This document shows positions 12,701 to 23,681 of a stretch of 64,000 nt of DNA, one piece after another. The position numbers and the translations under genes were made by a program. The notes under the pieces are model-generated. The model saw only the letters and a program-made list of their open reading frames with translations. It was not told the origin of the DNA and did not search any database. Source of the stretch: an uncultured Chloroflexia bacterium (GTDB lineage: Bacteria; Chloroflexota; Anaerolineae; CG2-30-64-16); NCBI GenBank assembly GCA_963774265.1, contig CAVZDU010000001.1, positions 1,148,531 to 1,212,530 on the forward strand, given 5' to 3'. Position 1 is the stretch's first letter; every line of letters begins with the position of its first letter.

Positions 12701-14113
12701 CTACTTAAGATTGATCTCGACGACGCCCTTTACCTGCAGGCCCTTGGCGAAGTCGGGCAGCACCGTGCTGAAGCCGCCGTTGCTGCGGAACGACACGATA
12801 CAGTTGCCACACGCGAGCACGTCGGCCAAGGGCGCCTCAGCCGTATAGCCGTCATCCGCCACAAAAACGACCGTTTTCGCGTCTGCAGCCGGCGCGGCCT
12901 GCGCCAGCAGCTCGGTCAGCTTGATGCCAGTGTACTTCTCTTTCGCACCCTTGCTGTTGGTCGACTCGACCTCAGTCACTGGCAGCGCCTTGATCTGTTC
13001 CTCTGACCAGGCCTGTTCTGAGCCCACCTTCCCCGTGATCTTCAACGCCGCACCGCCGGTGGCCACAGCCGCCTTGTCGCCAGAAGCAGCCTCGGCCGGC
13101 TTCGCGCTGGCGTAGAACAGCGGCTGGCCGAATTTGTCCACCCCGTAGCCGCCGATCATCTTCTGCACATCGGGGGAGAGGATCCACTCTACGAACTGCT
13201 GCGCCAGCTCAGCCTTGACGTTAGGATGCTTTTCCGGGTTGACAGCCAACACGCCGTACGGGTTGAGCAGCGCCTTGTCCTTGTTCTCGGCCAGATTGCC
13301 GCCGCCCACCATCACGTCCAAGCCAGGCAGCTTATCGCTCATGGCGAGGTATGTGCCGCGGTCGGCCAGCGTGTAGCCTTGCTTTTCTTCTGCAAACAGC
13401 AAGGTGTCACCCATGCCCTGGCCGATCGAGTTGTACCATGTCATCTCTTTGGTCGGTGTCACAGCGATGCTCGACCAAATGCTCAACTCTTTGGTGTTCG
13501 TTCCCGACTTATCACCGCGGCTGACAAAGGGCTGTCCCGCATCCATGATCGCCTTGAAGGCCTCCTTGCCGGTGGCCATCCCCATGACTTTGGCGGGATC
13601 TGTCTTGGGGCCGACGACGATGTAATCGTTGTACATCACGTCGAAGCGTTCTTTGGCGTGCCCGTCCGCGACGAACTGATCTTCGCCCTTGCGGCTGTGC
13701 ACCAACACCACGTCGGCGTCGCCCTTGGTTCCGATTTCCAAGGCCTGCCCCGTGCCAACGGCGATTACGTCCACCGCTGCGTTAAACTTTTTTTCAAAGT
13801 CGGGCAGGATGTAATCCAGCAGGCCCGAGTCGGCCGTGCTGGTGGTGGTGGCCAGGATCAGCTTCGCCGGTTCGGCGGCAGTCGTCGGCGCCGGAACAGC
13901 GGTCGGTTCGGGCGCCTTGGTGGGTTCGGGGGGCGCCTGCGTTGGTTCAGGAGCCTTTGTCGGTTCGGCCGGCGCCTGTGTTGGTTCAGCAGTCGGTTGA
14001 GCTGGGACCTGCGTTGCCTGGGCCGCCGGCGCCGCGGGGGCAGGTGCGCATGCCCCAAGGATCGTCGCCAGCACCAGCGCGGAGGTCACGAGCATAAGAA
14101 AGCGTCTGGACAT
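12701..14113 (-). CDS. TupA-like tungstate-binding lipoprotein fused at its C-terminus to the same ~110-aa accessory domain
   Basis: Lipobox LGAC and a PT-rich linker. LILATTTSTADSGLLDYILPDFEKKF contains the TTTS motif typical of TupA. The C-terminal 115 aa align with the C-terminus of the 503-aa protein (DGY..EA.LADVL.C..C.V.F ... VK.V..I.LK). Confidence 0.7.
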   Translation of the reverse strand: MSRRFLMLVTSALVLATILGACAPAPAAPAAQATQVPAQPTAEPTQAPAEPTKAPEPTQAPPEPTKAPEPTAVPAPTTAAEPAKLILATTTSTADSGLLDYILPDFEKKFNAAVDVIAVGTGQALEIGTKGDADVVLVHSRKGEDQFVADGHAKERFDVMYNDYIVVGPKTDPAKVMGMATGKEAFKAIMDAGQPFVSRGDKSGTNTKELSIWSSIAVTPTKEMTWYNSIGQGMGDTLLFAEEKQGYTLADRGTYLAMSDKLPGLDVMVGGGNLAENKDKALLNPYGVLAVNPEKHPNVKAELAQQFVEWILSPDVQKMIGGYGVDKFGQPLFYASAKPAEAASGDKAAVATGGAALKITGKVGSEQAWSEEQIKALPVTEVESTNSKGAKEKYTGIKLTELLAQAAPAADAKTVVFVADDGYTAEAPLADVLACGNCIVSFRSNGGFSTVLPDFAKGLQVKGVVEINLK

Positions 14114-14146
14114 ATTACTCCTCCTGTGTATACTTGTATCGTGACA

Positions 14147-14174
14147 ATTATAGGCAAAGGCTATGAGCTGTCAA
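14147..14174 (-). promoter_or_regulatory. Near-consensus sigma-70 promoter for the TupA-like operon
   Basis: On the minus strand: TTGACA, 16-nt spacer, TATAAT, about 35 nt upstream of the ATG at 14113. AGGAGG Shine-Dalgarno present. Confidence 0.55.
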
Positions 14175-14202
14175 CATAGCGCAGTGCCGAAGTGAGGGAC
14201 CG

Positions 14203-14937
14203 TTGAACATCTTGATCGGCATCGACGATACCGACAACCTGGAGAGCCGGGGCACCGGTCACCGGGCGCGCATGCTTGGACTGGCATTGGAGGAGGCTGG
14301 ATTAGGACGGCTTCAGTCTGTCACCCGCCATCAACTCCTGGTGCATCCTGACATCCGCTATACGTCGCACAACAGCTCCGCATGCCTGGTTTCAGATGGG
14401 CAGGCATCCATCGATGACATAGAGGTTTTCTGTGCGTCGTTCCTGAGGGCCGAAAGCGCGGATGGTGCGGATGCCGGGTTGTGCGTGCTTTCGCAAGAGC
14501 GCGTCGGTCCGGGCTTAATCTCCTTCGGACTACGCGCCAAGCGCGAGGTGCTGAGCCAGGCTGAGGCATTTGGATGGGCTGCCCGAAGTGGTGCACGGTT
14601 GAGCGGGCTCACCGGTGATGGAGGCGGCGTGATCGGCGCCCTGGCGGCCATCGGGCTGCGTGCGGCGGGTGAAGACGGACGCTTCCTTTGGCTTCCGGGC
14701 TTACGTGAGCTCTCCGGGACAGCCACCGTGGCAGATTTGTGGGAGCAGGCGTGCATCGAGATCGTCCAGTCCGTGGAAGGTGTGCCGCTCGCGCCTCAGA
14801 CGCTCATTGAACTGGGAAATTGGGTGCGACCCGTGTTGCATGGCGGCAAGGCCGTGTTACTCGTCGAGTCTAGCGCGGGGGACGCGAACCGCTGGCGTGT
14901 GGCAGCGCGTGACATCATCAAGCAGCGCTCCGAATAA
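14203..14937 (+). CDS. Hypothetical protein whose N-terminal IGIDDTD motif is reminiscent of the TiaS kinase-like domain
   Basis: 244-aa intact ORF, first gene of the divergent ECF-like operon. The similarity call rests only on the motif MNILIGIDDTDNLESRGTG. Confidence 0.45.
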   Translation: MNILIGIDDTDNLESRGTGHRARMLGLALEEAGLGRLQSVTRHQLLVHPDIRYTSHNSSACLVSDGQASIDDIEVFCASFLRAESADGADAGLCVLSQERVGPGLISFGLRAKREVLSQAEAFGWAARSGARLSGLTGDGGGVIGALAAIGLRAAGEDGRFLWLPGLRELSGTATVADLWEQACIEIVQSVEGVPLAPQTLIELGNWVRPVLHGGKAVLLVESSAGDANRWRVAARDIIKQRSE

Positions 14938-14946
14938 GGCCCGATT

Positions 14947-16369
14947 GTGAACACCGTCGGGGGTCTATTTGCGGTTCGCGCCGAGGCCGTAGCCTATAGC
15001 TACGGTCCGGCCATGCAGCACTTGCATCCCATAGATCTGACTGTCCGTCCCGGCGAGTTTTGGCTGGTCGCTGGACCCTCCGGTTGCGGCAAGAGCACCC
15101 TGGCTCGCTGCCTGACCGGCCTGATTCCCCATCTGTATCGTGGTTGCATGGCCGGTCAGGTGACGGTCGGAGACATCTGCACAGACAGCGCGCCTTTATG
15201 GCAACTGGCCGAGGAGGCGGGCCTGGTGTTTCAGAACCCCGCTGCACAAATGCTGTGTGCGACCGTCGAAGATGAGCTTCTCTTCGGCCTTGAAACCCTG
15301 GGTCTGGATCGCCCCGAGATGGCTCGCCGCGTGGATGTCGCGCTCCGGCAGTTCGATTTGACAAGGTTGCGCGACCGCCCGCCTCAGATACTCTCCGGCG
15401 GTGAGCAGCAGAAACTGGCGCTGGCTGCGGTCATGGCTCGGCGACCGCCGCTGCTCGTCCTGGATGAGCCGTTATCCATGCTCGACAGCACGACCGCGCT
15501 TGAACTCGTGGCGCATTTGCAGACGTTGACGCAGGATGGGATTGCCGTGGTGGTGTGCGAGCACCGGGCGGAATATCTCAACTCAATCCCGGGGCTACGA
15601 GTACTGTCCCTGGCAGGGGATGGACACGCCTCAGATGCTGAGTCATTGCCTCCCGTCCCGTCTCGAATGAGTCCATTTGCGCTTCAGGTGCAGGATGTCA
15701 GCGTGCGTCTGGGCGGCCGGCCCGTGTTGAACAGGATCAGTTTTGCGGCGGCGAGCGGCGAAGTGATGGCGATCGTGGGTCGCAACGGGTCGGGCAAGAC
15801 GACCTTGCTGCGCGCACTGGCAGGCTTGCAGACGCATGATGGCGGCGTGACTGTGATCGGGGAACGCCCGGACTTCGGGTTGGTCTATCAAAACGCTCAG
15901 CTTCAGCTTTTCAACGCATCGGTGCGCGATGAGGATCCTCTACCGGCTACCGAGGCCCGACATCGCATGGTACGACTGGCTCATGCCGGCCCTCGGGTTG
16001 AAGGCTTATGAGGAGACACCTCCCTTGCTGCTCAGTGAGGGCGAGAAGAAACGTGTGGCGCTGGCGACGGTGCTGATGCGCCGGCCGCGGCACGGGGTGC
16101 TGCTGGATGAGCCGTCTTTGGGCCAGGATGCGGCACACAAAGCCCTTCTGATGCGCCTGGCTCGCAGCCTGGCCGGTGCAGGTCAGCTTGTGGTGATGAC
16201 CACACATGATCTGGCGCTGGCCGTACAAGCTGATCGGCTGATAGTGCTCCACGAAGGTCGGATCGTTGCCGATGGACCGGCGGCCTCGGTGCTGTCTGAC
16301 AAACGGGTGTGGCAGGTCACCGGCCTGACTGTCCCTGCATGGGTGCGTGAGCCGGAGGGGCAGGCATGA
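14947..16369 (+). CDS. Fused double ATPase of an ECF/CbiO-type transporter, with one frame break at ~15930
   Basis: NBD1 has GPSGCGKST and LSGGEQQKLALAAVMARRPPLLVLDEP. NBD2 has GRNGSGKTT and LSEGEKKRVALATVLMRRPRHGVLLDEP. Confidence 0.85.
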
Positions 16370-17100
16370 GAGCTGGGATGACGCGGCGAGGCGTTTCTGA
16401 TCGGCTGGCTGCATTGGCAGTGGACTCGCCGCTGCGGCGTGCTGATCCGCGCGTCAAGCTCGCGCTCAGCCTCGCACTGTCGCTGGCGATCATGATGCCA
16501 ATGGAGAAGTTGCTTGTGCTCCTCGTCACGTATGGTGTCTTTTTGGCCTGGGCGAGGCTGCTGCAGGTGGCGGGACGGCTGCTTTGGCGGTTGAAATGGA
16601 TTCTGTTGATCCTTTTCATCGTCGATTGGGTGCTTGTCTCGTTCGATCTGGCCGTGCTGGTCAGCCTGCGCATATTGTTGCTCAGCGCATCGTTCGCCCT
16701 TGTGTTTGCGACGACAACGCCTTCGGAGTTTCGTCTCGCTTTGGAGTGGTTGCGCTTACCTTATCGTTACGCGTTCAGCGTGGGCGTGGCAGTGCAAAGT
16801 CTCGCTCTGATTGAGCAAGAGTGGCGGACCATCATCGAGGCCCAGCGGGCTCGGGGTGCATGGTCGCCGCCAAGTGGTTGGCGCAGGCTGGTTGAGAGCG
16901 TCCGCGATGCAGTCGCTTTGGCCGTGCCCGCGGTGGTCATGACAGTACACCGTGCATGGAGCATGACCGAGGCTGCCTACGCGCGCGGTTTCGACGCGCC
17001 GGGCCGCAAATCCTTTCGCCAGTTGCGCATGGGCTGGCTGGATTGGGCCTTACTTCTGGCTGCGGGTTTGCTCGCCGCAGTTCTGATCCTTTGGCGGTGA
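16366..17100 (+). CDS. EcfT/CbiQ-like transmembrane component
   Basis: 244-aa polytopic protein with the conserved ARG motifs (EAQRARGAW, EAAYARGF). Overlaps the ATPase stop by 4 nt. Confidence 0.75.
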   Translation: MRAGMTRRGVSDRLAALAVDSPLRRADPRVKLALSLALSLAIMMPMEKLLVLLVTYGVFLAWARLLQVAGRLLWRLKWILLILFIVDWVLVSFDLAVLVSLRILLLSASFALVFATTTPSEFRLALEWLRLPYRYAFSVGVAVQSLALIEQEWRTIIEAQRARGAWSPPSGWRRLVESVRDAVALAVPAVVMTVHRAWSMTEAAYARGFDAPGRKSFRQLRMGWLDWALLLAAGLLAAVLILWR

Positions 17101-17115
17101 TTTGAGGAGTCGCCC

Positions 17116-17622
17116 ATGTCGCAAAGAACTCGCATCATCATTGCAGTTGGCGTTATCGCGCTGATCGGTGTAGTCATCCTGGGGCTGGAAGCCCTACGCG
17201 CGCGTCCTTCGTCGGGCGGCGCGGCCGGGTCAGAGCCCACTGTTGTTCCGGGCGCGTTATCAATTTACCTGGATGGAAAGCTAGTCGCCAGCTTCACACC
17301 GGCTGATCTGGAGAAACTAGCGAAGGTAAGCTTCACCGATGCGGCGGAGGAGAAGCTGCAGGATGGATGGCAGCTCGCAGACATCCTGCGGCTGCACGTT
17401 GCGGATTCGCTGCCGAACACCGCACAGATCACCGTGAGTTCATCCAGCCGGGAGAAATCAGTCCAGTTGTCCTGGGCCGAAGTGGCCGAACCGGCGAACA
17501 AGGTGATATTCGATCTGTCGAACCGTGGGACGCTCAAGCTTGTTTCCGTGCTGCCCAAGCTGGACGACAGGGACGAGTGGGTGCAGGATGCGGACCGCAT
17601 CGATATCGTGATGAAGCCCTGA
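17116..17622 (+). CDS. Membrane-anchored extracytoplasmic protein carrying one copy of the island's accessory-domain pattern
   Basis: N-terminal TM IIIAVGVIALIGVVILG. LSIYLDGKLV...DGWQLADILRL...AQITVSS...GTLKLVSVLP...RIDIV parallels the domain in the 470/503-aa proteins. Confidence 0.5.
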   Translation: MSQRTRIIIAVGVIALIGVVILGLEALRARPSSGGAAGSEPTVVPGALSIYLDGKLVASFTPADLEKLAKVSFTDAAEEKLQDGWQLADILRLHVADSLPNTAQITVSSSSREKSVQLSWAEVAEPANKVIFDLSNRGTLKLVSVLPKLDDRDEWVQDADRIDIVMKP

Positions 17623-18167
17623 TGAAAGAACGCTACTTCACTACTTTTCAACTCATCTTGCTGGCGCTATTCGCGGCGCTGGTTGTCGTGGCCAAGATCG
17701 CGCTGAAGACCCCAATCCAGTTGCCCGGCCACAGTGGTCTGTTCTGGATGGCGTTGATTATCATCGCAGGTGGGCTGGTGCCGCGGCTTGGTGCAACCAG
17801 CCTAGTTGGCCTGACCTCCGGCATCCTGGCCGCATTTCTTGGCATGGGTGATTTCGGCGCGCTCGAAACACTGCTCTCCTACACAGCAGTCGGCGTTGGG
17901 ACGGACCTCGCACTCCTACTCCTGCGCAATCTGGACAATCTTGCCGTGTGCGCGTTGGTCGGCGTGATTGGCCACCTGGGGAAGTTCATCGTGAAGTGGG
18001 CGTTGGGCGCACTGACGGGCGCACCCCTAGGGTTCGTTGCACTTGGACTGGCGTGGTCTTTCCTTAGTTACATACTTTTTGGTGCGTTAGGCGGGCTGCT
18101 TGCGGGCCTCACGTTGAAGGCGTTACGTCGGGCGGGGTTCTTTACCTATCTGGCGGAGCGGCGCTAA
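17622..18167 (+). CDS. ECF S-component-like small polytopic membrane protein
   Basis: ATG overlaps the preceding stop (TGATG). MKERYFTTFQLILLALFAALVVVAKI..., about 6 TM helices, 181 aa. Confidence 0.55.
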   Translation: MKERYFTTFQLILLALFAALVVVAKIALKTPIQLPGHSGLFWMALIIIAGGLVPRLGATSLVGLTSGILAAFLGMGDFGALETLLSYTAVGVGTDLALLLLRNLDNLAVCALVGVIGHLGKFIVKWALGALTGAPLGFVALGLAWSFLSYILFGALGGLLAGLTLKALRRAGFFTYLAERR

Positions 18168-18168
18168 A

Positions 18169-18198
18169 AGAGGCCGGACGATCGGTCGCCCGGCCTCT
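18169..18198. terminator. Hairpin between convergent genes
   Basis: AGAGGCCGG ... CCGGCCTCT. Confidence 0.45.
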
Positions 18199-18228
18199 GT
18201 CCTGGTGTGTCGCGGGAGAACCCGGCCA

Positions 18229-19791
18229 TCAGGCCGGGTAGTCGAATGCCTGCTTCTCCTTGACCACTTCTTCCTTTTTGGGCTCCGGTTTTGCGCGGCC
18301 GTAGATGATTGTCCACTCGGCCAGCCGGTCCGCAAGTTGGATCGTGAGCATCTCGGGACGGTAGCGCCAATGCCAGTTGCCGCTGGCGCGCGCCGGCATG
18401 TTCATGCGAGCCTCCGCGCCAAGGCTGAAGACATCTTGCAAGGTCGCCAAGGCCTGGTTTGCCACGCTGGACCACGCACCCCAGATGAAGTCCCACGCGA
18501 TTTCGTGCCCGTCCGTGCGGAAGTACCGGCGGATATTGTGCCGCTCGATCTCAGTTCGCTCGGCTTCGTGGAAGTAGCCCACTGTGGTGTTGTTGTCGTG
18601 CGTGCCCGGATAGACGACGTAGTTCTTATCGTATGTATGGGGCATGTACTGCGGGTTAAACTCCATGCCGAACGCAAACTGGAGGATCTTCATTCCTGGC
18701 AGCCCGAATTCCGTGCGCAACGCATCCACATCGGGTGTGATAACGCCCAAGTCTTCCGCGATGAACGGCAGATCGCCGAGCGCCTGCTTTACCGCGACGA
18801 ACAGATCGTGACCCGGCGCCTTAACCCACTTGCCCTTGACTGCAGTCTCCTCGCTTCCGGGGATTTCCCATGCAGCGGCAAATCCTCGGAAGTGATCGAT
18901 GCGCACGATGTCAACGAACTTGAACGTTTGCTGGATACGGTTGATCCACCACCTGAAGCCGTCTTGCTGCATCCGAGGCCAGTTGTAGTGCGGGTTGCCC
19001 CAGCGCTGCCCGGTCGCCGAAAAGATATCCGGCGGCACCCCGGCGATCACGGTGGGATTGCCTTCTTCATCCAGTTTGAACTGCTCGGGGTTGGCCCAAA
19101 CATCCGCGGAATCCTCCGCGACAAAAATGGGCACGTCGCCGATGATCTGGATACCGTTCTCGCCGCAATGAACCTTGAGCGCCTCCCACTGCTCCCAGAA
19201 GAGCCCACTGCAGGAACTCGTGATACTCAACCTCGTCCGCCAACTCCTGGCCGCATCCGCGCCAGCGCGGACGGTTCGCGCAGGCGGATATCGCGCGGCC
19301 AGTCGTGCCAGCTCCCACCGCCATAGTGGCCCTTTACCGCCATGAAGAGGGTGAAGTCGGGCAGCCAGCTTGCGCTCTGCTCGCGGAACCAGTCGAAGCC
19401 TGCGTGTTGCGCATCGGTTGCGTTCTCCTTGAAATGTTCGTACGCTTTGCGCAGGAGTGACTTGCTTGAAGGTAATGACCGAGCCGAAATCGACGCGGTG
19501 CGCGCGGGAAAATAGGGCATATCGTACAACGCATGATGCGGTAGCAGGCCTGAGTAGGCCAGGCCTTCCGGACTGATCAGGAGTGGATTGCCGGCAAATG
19601 CCGAAAAACACTGATACGGCGAGTCACCATAGCCGGTGGGGCCGAGCGGCAACACCTGCCAGAGTTGCTGCTTGGCCGCAGCCAGCCAATCGATGAAGTC
19701 GTAGGCGCCCTTGCCCAGGTCGCCGATGCCGAAGCGCGACGGGAAACGAGGTCGGATGGCAGAGAATGCCGCTGGATCGTTCGAATGGCAT
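18229..19791 (-). CDS. malQ: 4-alpha-glucanotransferase (amylomaltase, GH77), with at least 3 frame breaks
   Basis: MPFERSSGILCHPTSFP (frame of ORF 19624..19830), FGIGDLGKGAYDFIDWLAAAKQQLWQVLPLGPTGYGDSPYQ (ORF 19227..19796), and IIGDVPIFVAEDSADVW...VRIDHFRGF...FIAEDLG (ORF 18229..). Confidence 0.85.
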
Positions 19792-19836
19792 ATCACCTCC
19801 TAAGATGCTAACGGATTGACAGATCGACACCCGGTA

Positions 19837-21549
19837 TCAGTCAGTTCGCGCAACCGCCGCCTTCTTGGGGGTGCGCCAGAACACCAGGTCGCCGCCCATC
19901 ATCTGGCGGAACTGCGCTTCAAACGTCGGCACGATCATCAGGAAGAGTGAACTCGGGGCCAACAGCGGCCAGGTGAGCAACTCAGCAAGCAGAAGACGTG
20001 GGCGCCAACCCGGACTGGAGTGTCGGCTGGTCAGATGCTCGCGCAGCCAAGCCAGCAGCGTACCGATCACGCTGATGGCGTTGCCCGACTGCAACAAGAT
20101 CGTGTATAGACCCGGAATCGGCGCGGCCACCGCCAGCAAGCCGTGTTGCAGAACCATCACGACAGAGCCGATGCCCAGCAGCAACCCGGCCACCGAAAAG
20201 ATGATGTGATCGTGCACTACTTTGAGAAGATAGACCGTTTTCGGCCAAAGCGGTACATCAGGCCACCGGTTCCATTGTTGGACTACGTAGGCAATGTCGG
20301 ACGAGCCCCAGGCGTGACGCAGCCGCTGATTGTAGAAGTTCTTGAAGGCCTCCCAGACCGTCTCCCCGGTCACCGAGTCGCCGCTGACGGGCAGGAACAC
20401 CGGCTCCAAGGTAACTCGGCCGCCCGTGCCAAACAGGCCCCGCAGGAAGATATGCCAGTCATCGGCGATAACCATTTCGTCCCAGTAGCCGATGTCGTCG
20501 GCCAGCCTGAGGCTGAGCGTGTACGTGCTTAATGGTAGATTTGCCGCCAGCGGATTCGCCAGCTCCGATACTTGTACGAGGTTGTTCAAGAAACCCAGCA
20601 ATCGAATGGGCGTGGGCGCGGCCCAGATGTTGGTATTGAAGCGGAACGGCGCCTGCCAGATGCGCTCGTGGCGCCGAGCATCTGCGGCAAACTGCCGGGT
20701 TATCTCGGCAAAGTACCCGGGGTGGATCAACGAATCGGCGTCGCACGAGGTCACCGTGAGCGAGTCCAGCGACATACCCATCTGACCGACCAGAATCTCC
20801 TTCGCTCGCCTCGCGGCCCATGTCTGGTTGGAACCTTTGCCGGGCACTTCGCCGAACAGGTGAGCCGGATGCACCGTCACCAACACGCGGGCGAAACAGC
20901 TCCCGAATTGTGCAACAAGTTGCTCGCCCTTCTTTTGCGCGCCAGGCTCTGTGTCCTCCATGGCCAGCACGACGGTGAGCGTGTCGCGGGCATTGGGCTG
21001 CTCTGCCAGGCGCTCTAGTGTGCGCGCAACCACGGCCTCCGGTTCTTTGAAGTTGGCCACGATGACGATATGGTGAACCGGTGCGGTCAGCCCCTTGGGG
21101 ATAGCCAGGGCTTCCTCGCTCGACATCGGAGATTTCTGCTGCAAACGGTGGATGCGCCACTGCCCTACGGGATAGAACAAGACGATCATCAGGAAACGCA
21201 GGAGCAGGTAGAAGCCGAGGGCCTGCACGACCCAAAAGACATTGTCCGGGTCGTAGACGCTGACAGTGGCGAACGCCAAGAAGGCCGCCAGCACGAGGCT
21301 GCCGGCGATTTTGTAGGTCCAGTGATGGGGGTCGGTGATGACGTCGAGCTTCTGAAGACGCTCGCTGGCCCGTGCAGGTGAATCAGCGGGTAAATCGCCC
21401 GTCAGGGCATCGCGTCCCGTGCCTGCACGGTCACGCCCTTCCGGCGTCGTTGTTCGAGAGTCGACTCGCACCGGGCTCTCCCATTCCAATCGGGCCATAT
21501 ATTGCTCAAAGCGATGAATCGCGCCCGAACCGTGAAGGGTCACGCGCAT
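19837..21549 (-). CDS. Membrane glycosyltransferase family 2 (processive synthase-like)
   Basis: 570-aa intact ORF with TM segments flanking a GT-A domain (IVIVANFKEPEAV..., TSCDADSLIHPGYF, ..QAPFRF). Confidence 0.7.
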   Translation of the reverse strand: MRVTLHGSGAIHRFEQYMARLEWESPVRVDSRTTTPEGRDRAGTGRDALTGDLPADSPARASERLQKLDVITDPHHWTYKIAGSLVLAAFLAFATVSVYDPDNVFWVVQALGFYLLLRFLMIVLFYPVGQWRIHRLQQKSPMSSEEALAIPKGLTAPVHHIVIVANFKEPEAVVARTLERLAEQPNARDTLTVVLAMEDTEPGAQKKGEQLVAQFGSCFARVLVTVHPAHLFGEVPGKGSNQTWAARRAKEILVGQMGMSLDSLTVTSCDADSLIHPGYFAEITRQFAADARRHERIWQAPFRFNTNIWAAPTPIRLLGFLNNLVQVSELANPLAANLPLSTYTLSLRLADDIGYWDEMVIADDWHIFLRGLFGTGGRVTLEPVFLPVSGDSVTGETVWEAFKNFYNQRLRHAWGSSDIAYVVQQWNRWPDVPLWPKTVYLLKVVHDHIIFSVAGLLLGIGSVVMVLQHGLLAVAAPIPGLYTILLQSGNAISVIGTLLAWLREHLTSRHSSPGWRPRLLLAELLTWPLLAPSSLFLMIVPTFEAQFRQMMGGDLVFWRTPKKAAVARTD

Positions 21550-21639
21550 GAATAGTATAGTTCAGGCAGGCAGAGCGACCAAAAGGGGAGGATCGGCACA
21601 AACGCGGGTGGGCTGGTGAGCGCAACAGAGTGTGGAGGC

Positions 21640-21676
21640 AAAATGCCGTAGCGCAAGCAGACGCTCGCGCTACGGC
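21640..21676 (-). terminator. Rho-independent terminator of nrfHA
   Basis: Minus strand: GCCGTAGCGC ... GCGCTACGGC followed by ATTTTG. Confidence 0.6.
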
Positions 21677-21691
21677 AGGCAATGAGATGCT

Positions 21692-23015
<1,324 letters not shown>

Positions 23016-23027
23016 GGTTCTCTCCTC

Positions 23028-23549
23028 CTAATGGTCGTGCCCGACGCCCTCATGGCAGGTCAGACAGTCGGTGGGATCTTCGGTGTCGGCGTGGTTCATG
23101 GCCTGCGTCAGGTCGCCATGACAGTACAGGCACGCATGCTGCGTTACTTCACGGTTCAGCTCGGTGATGCGAATCGGCTCGGGGAAGTTGCCGGTGGTGA
23201 ACGCATAGCTGTGCCGGAAGCCGTTGACGCCCTTGACGGCGTACTTGGGCACGATGTTGTCGTGTGGGGCGTGGCAGTCGTTGCAGACGGTGACGGCATG
23301 GTGGGTGCCGTGGTTCCAGCCGTCAAACTGCTCGCGCATGATGTGGCAGTTGACGCAGGTCTTCGGATCGTTGGACAGGTAGGCCAGGCCCTGGGCATAG
23401 GACAACGTGAAACCGCCCAGGCCCACGGCGCCGCCAAACAGCCCGGCCAGCGCCATCCAAATCCAGAGAGGAGTGGCGCCGAAGAACTGTGCGACACGGC
23501 CTTTCGGCTTTACTTCAGGGGGGGCATTCTGGGCAGCATCCTGCCGCAT
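23028..23549 (-). CDS. nrfH: Tetraheme NapC/NirT-family quinol dehydrogenase NrfH
   Basis: 173 aa, N-terminal TM, four CXXCH motifs (CVNCH, CNDCH, CLYCH, CLTCH). Confidence 0.9.
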   Translation of the reverse strand: MRQDAAQNAPPEVKPKGRVAQFFGATPLWIWMALAGLFGGAVGLGGFTLSYAQGLAYLSNDPKTCVNCHIMREQFDGWNHGTHHAVTVCNDCHAPHDNIVPKYAVKGVNGFRHSYAFTTGNFPEPIRITELNREVTQHACLYCHGDLTQAMNHADTEDPTDCLTCHEGVGHDH

Positions 23550-23681
23550 ACACGACCTCCTTGGGTGGGAAAGTGAGGCCAGATTCGCCTACGCGAGCCG
23601 ATTGTCATCTGTGGCGATGTGACTCCAAGTATAGCGCAGGAAGACACAAATGGCCAACGTCATCTGAGCCGGGATGGCGCA

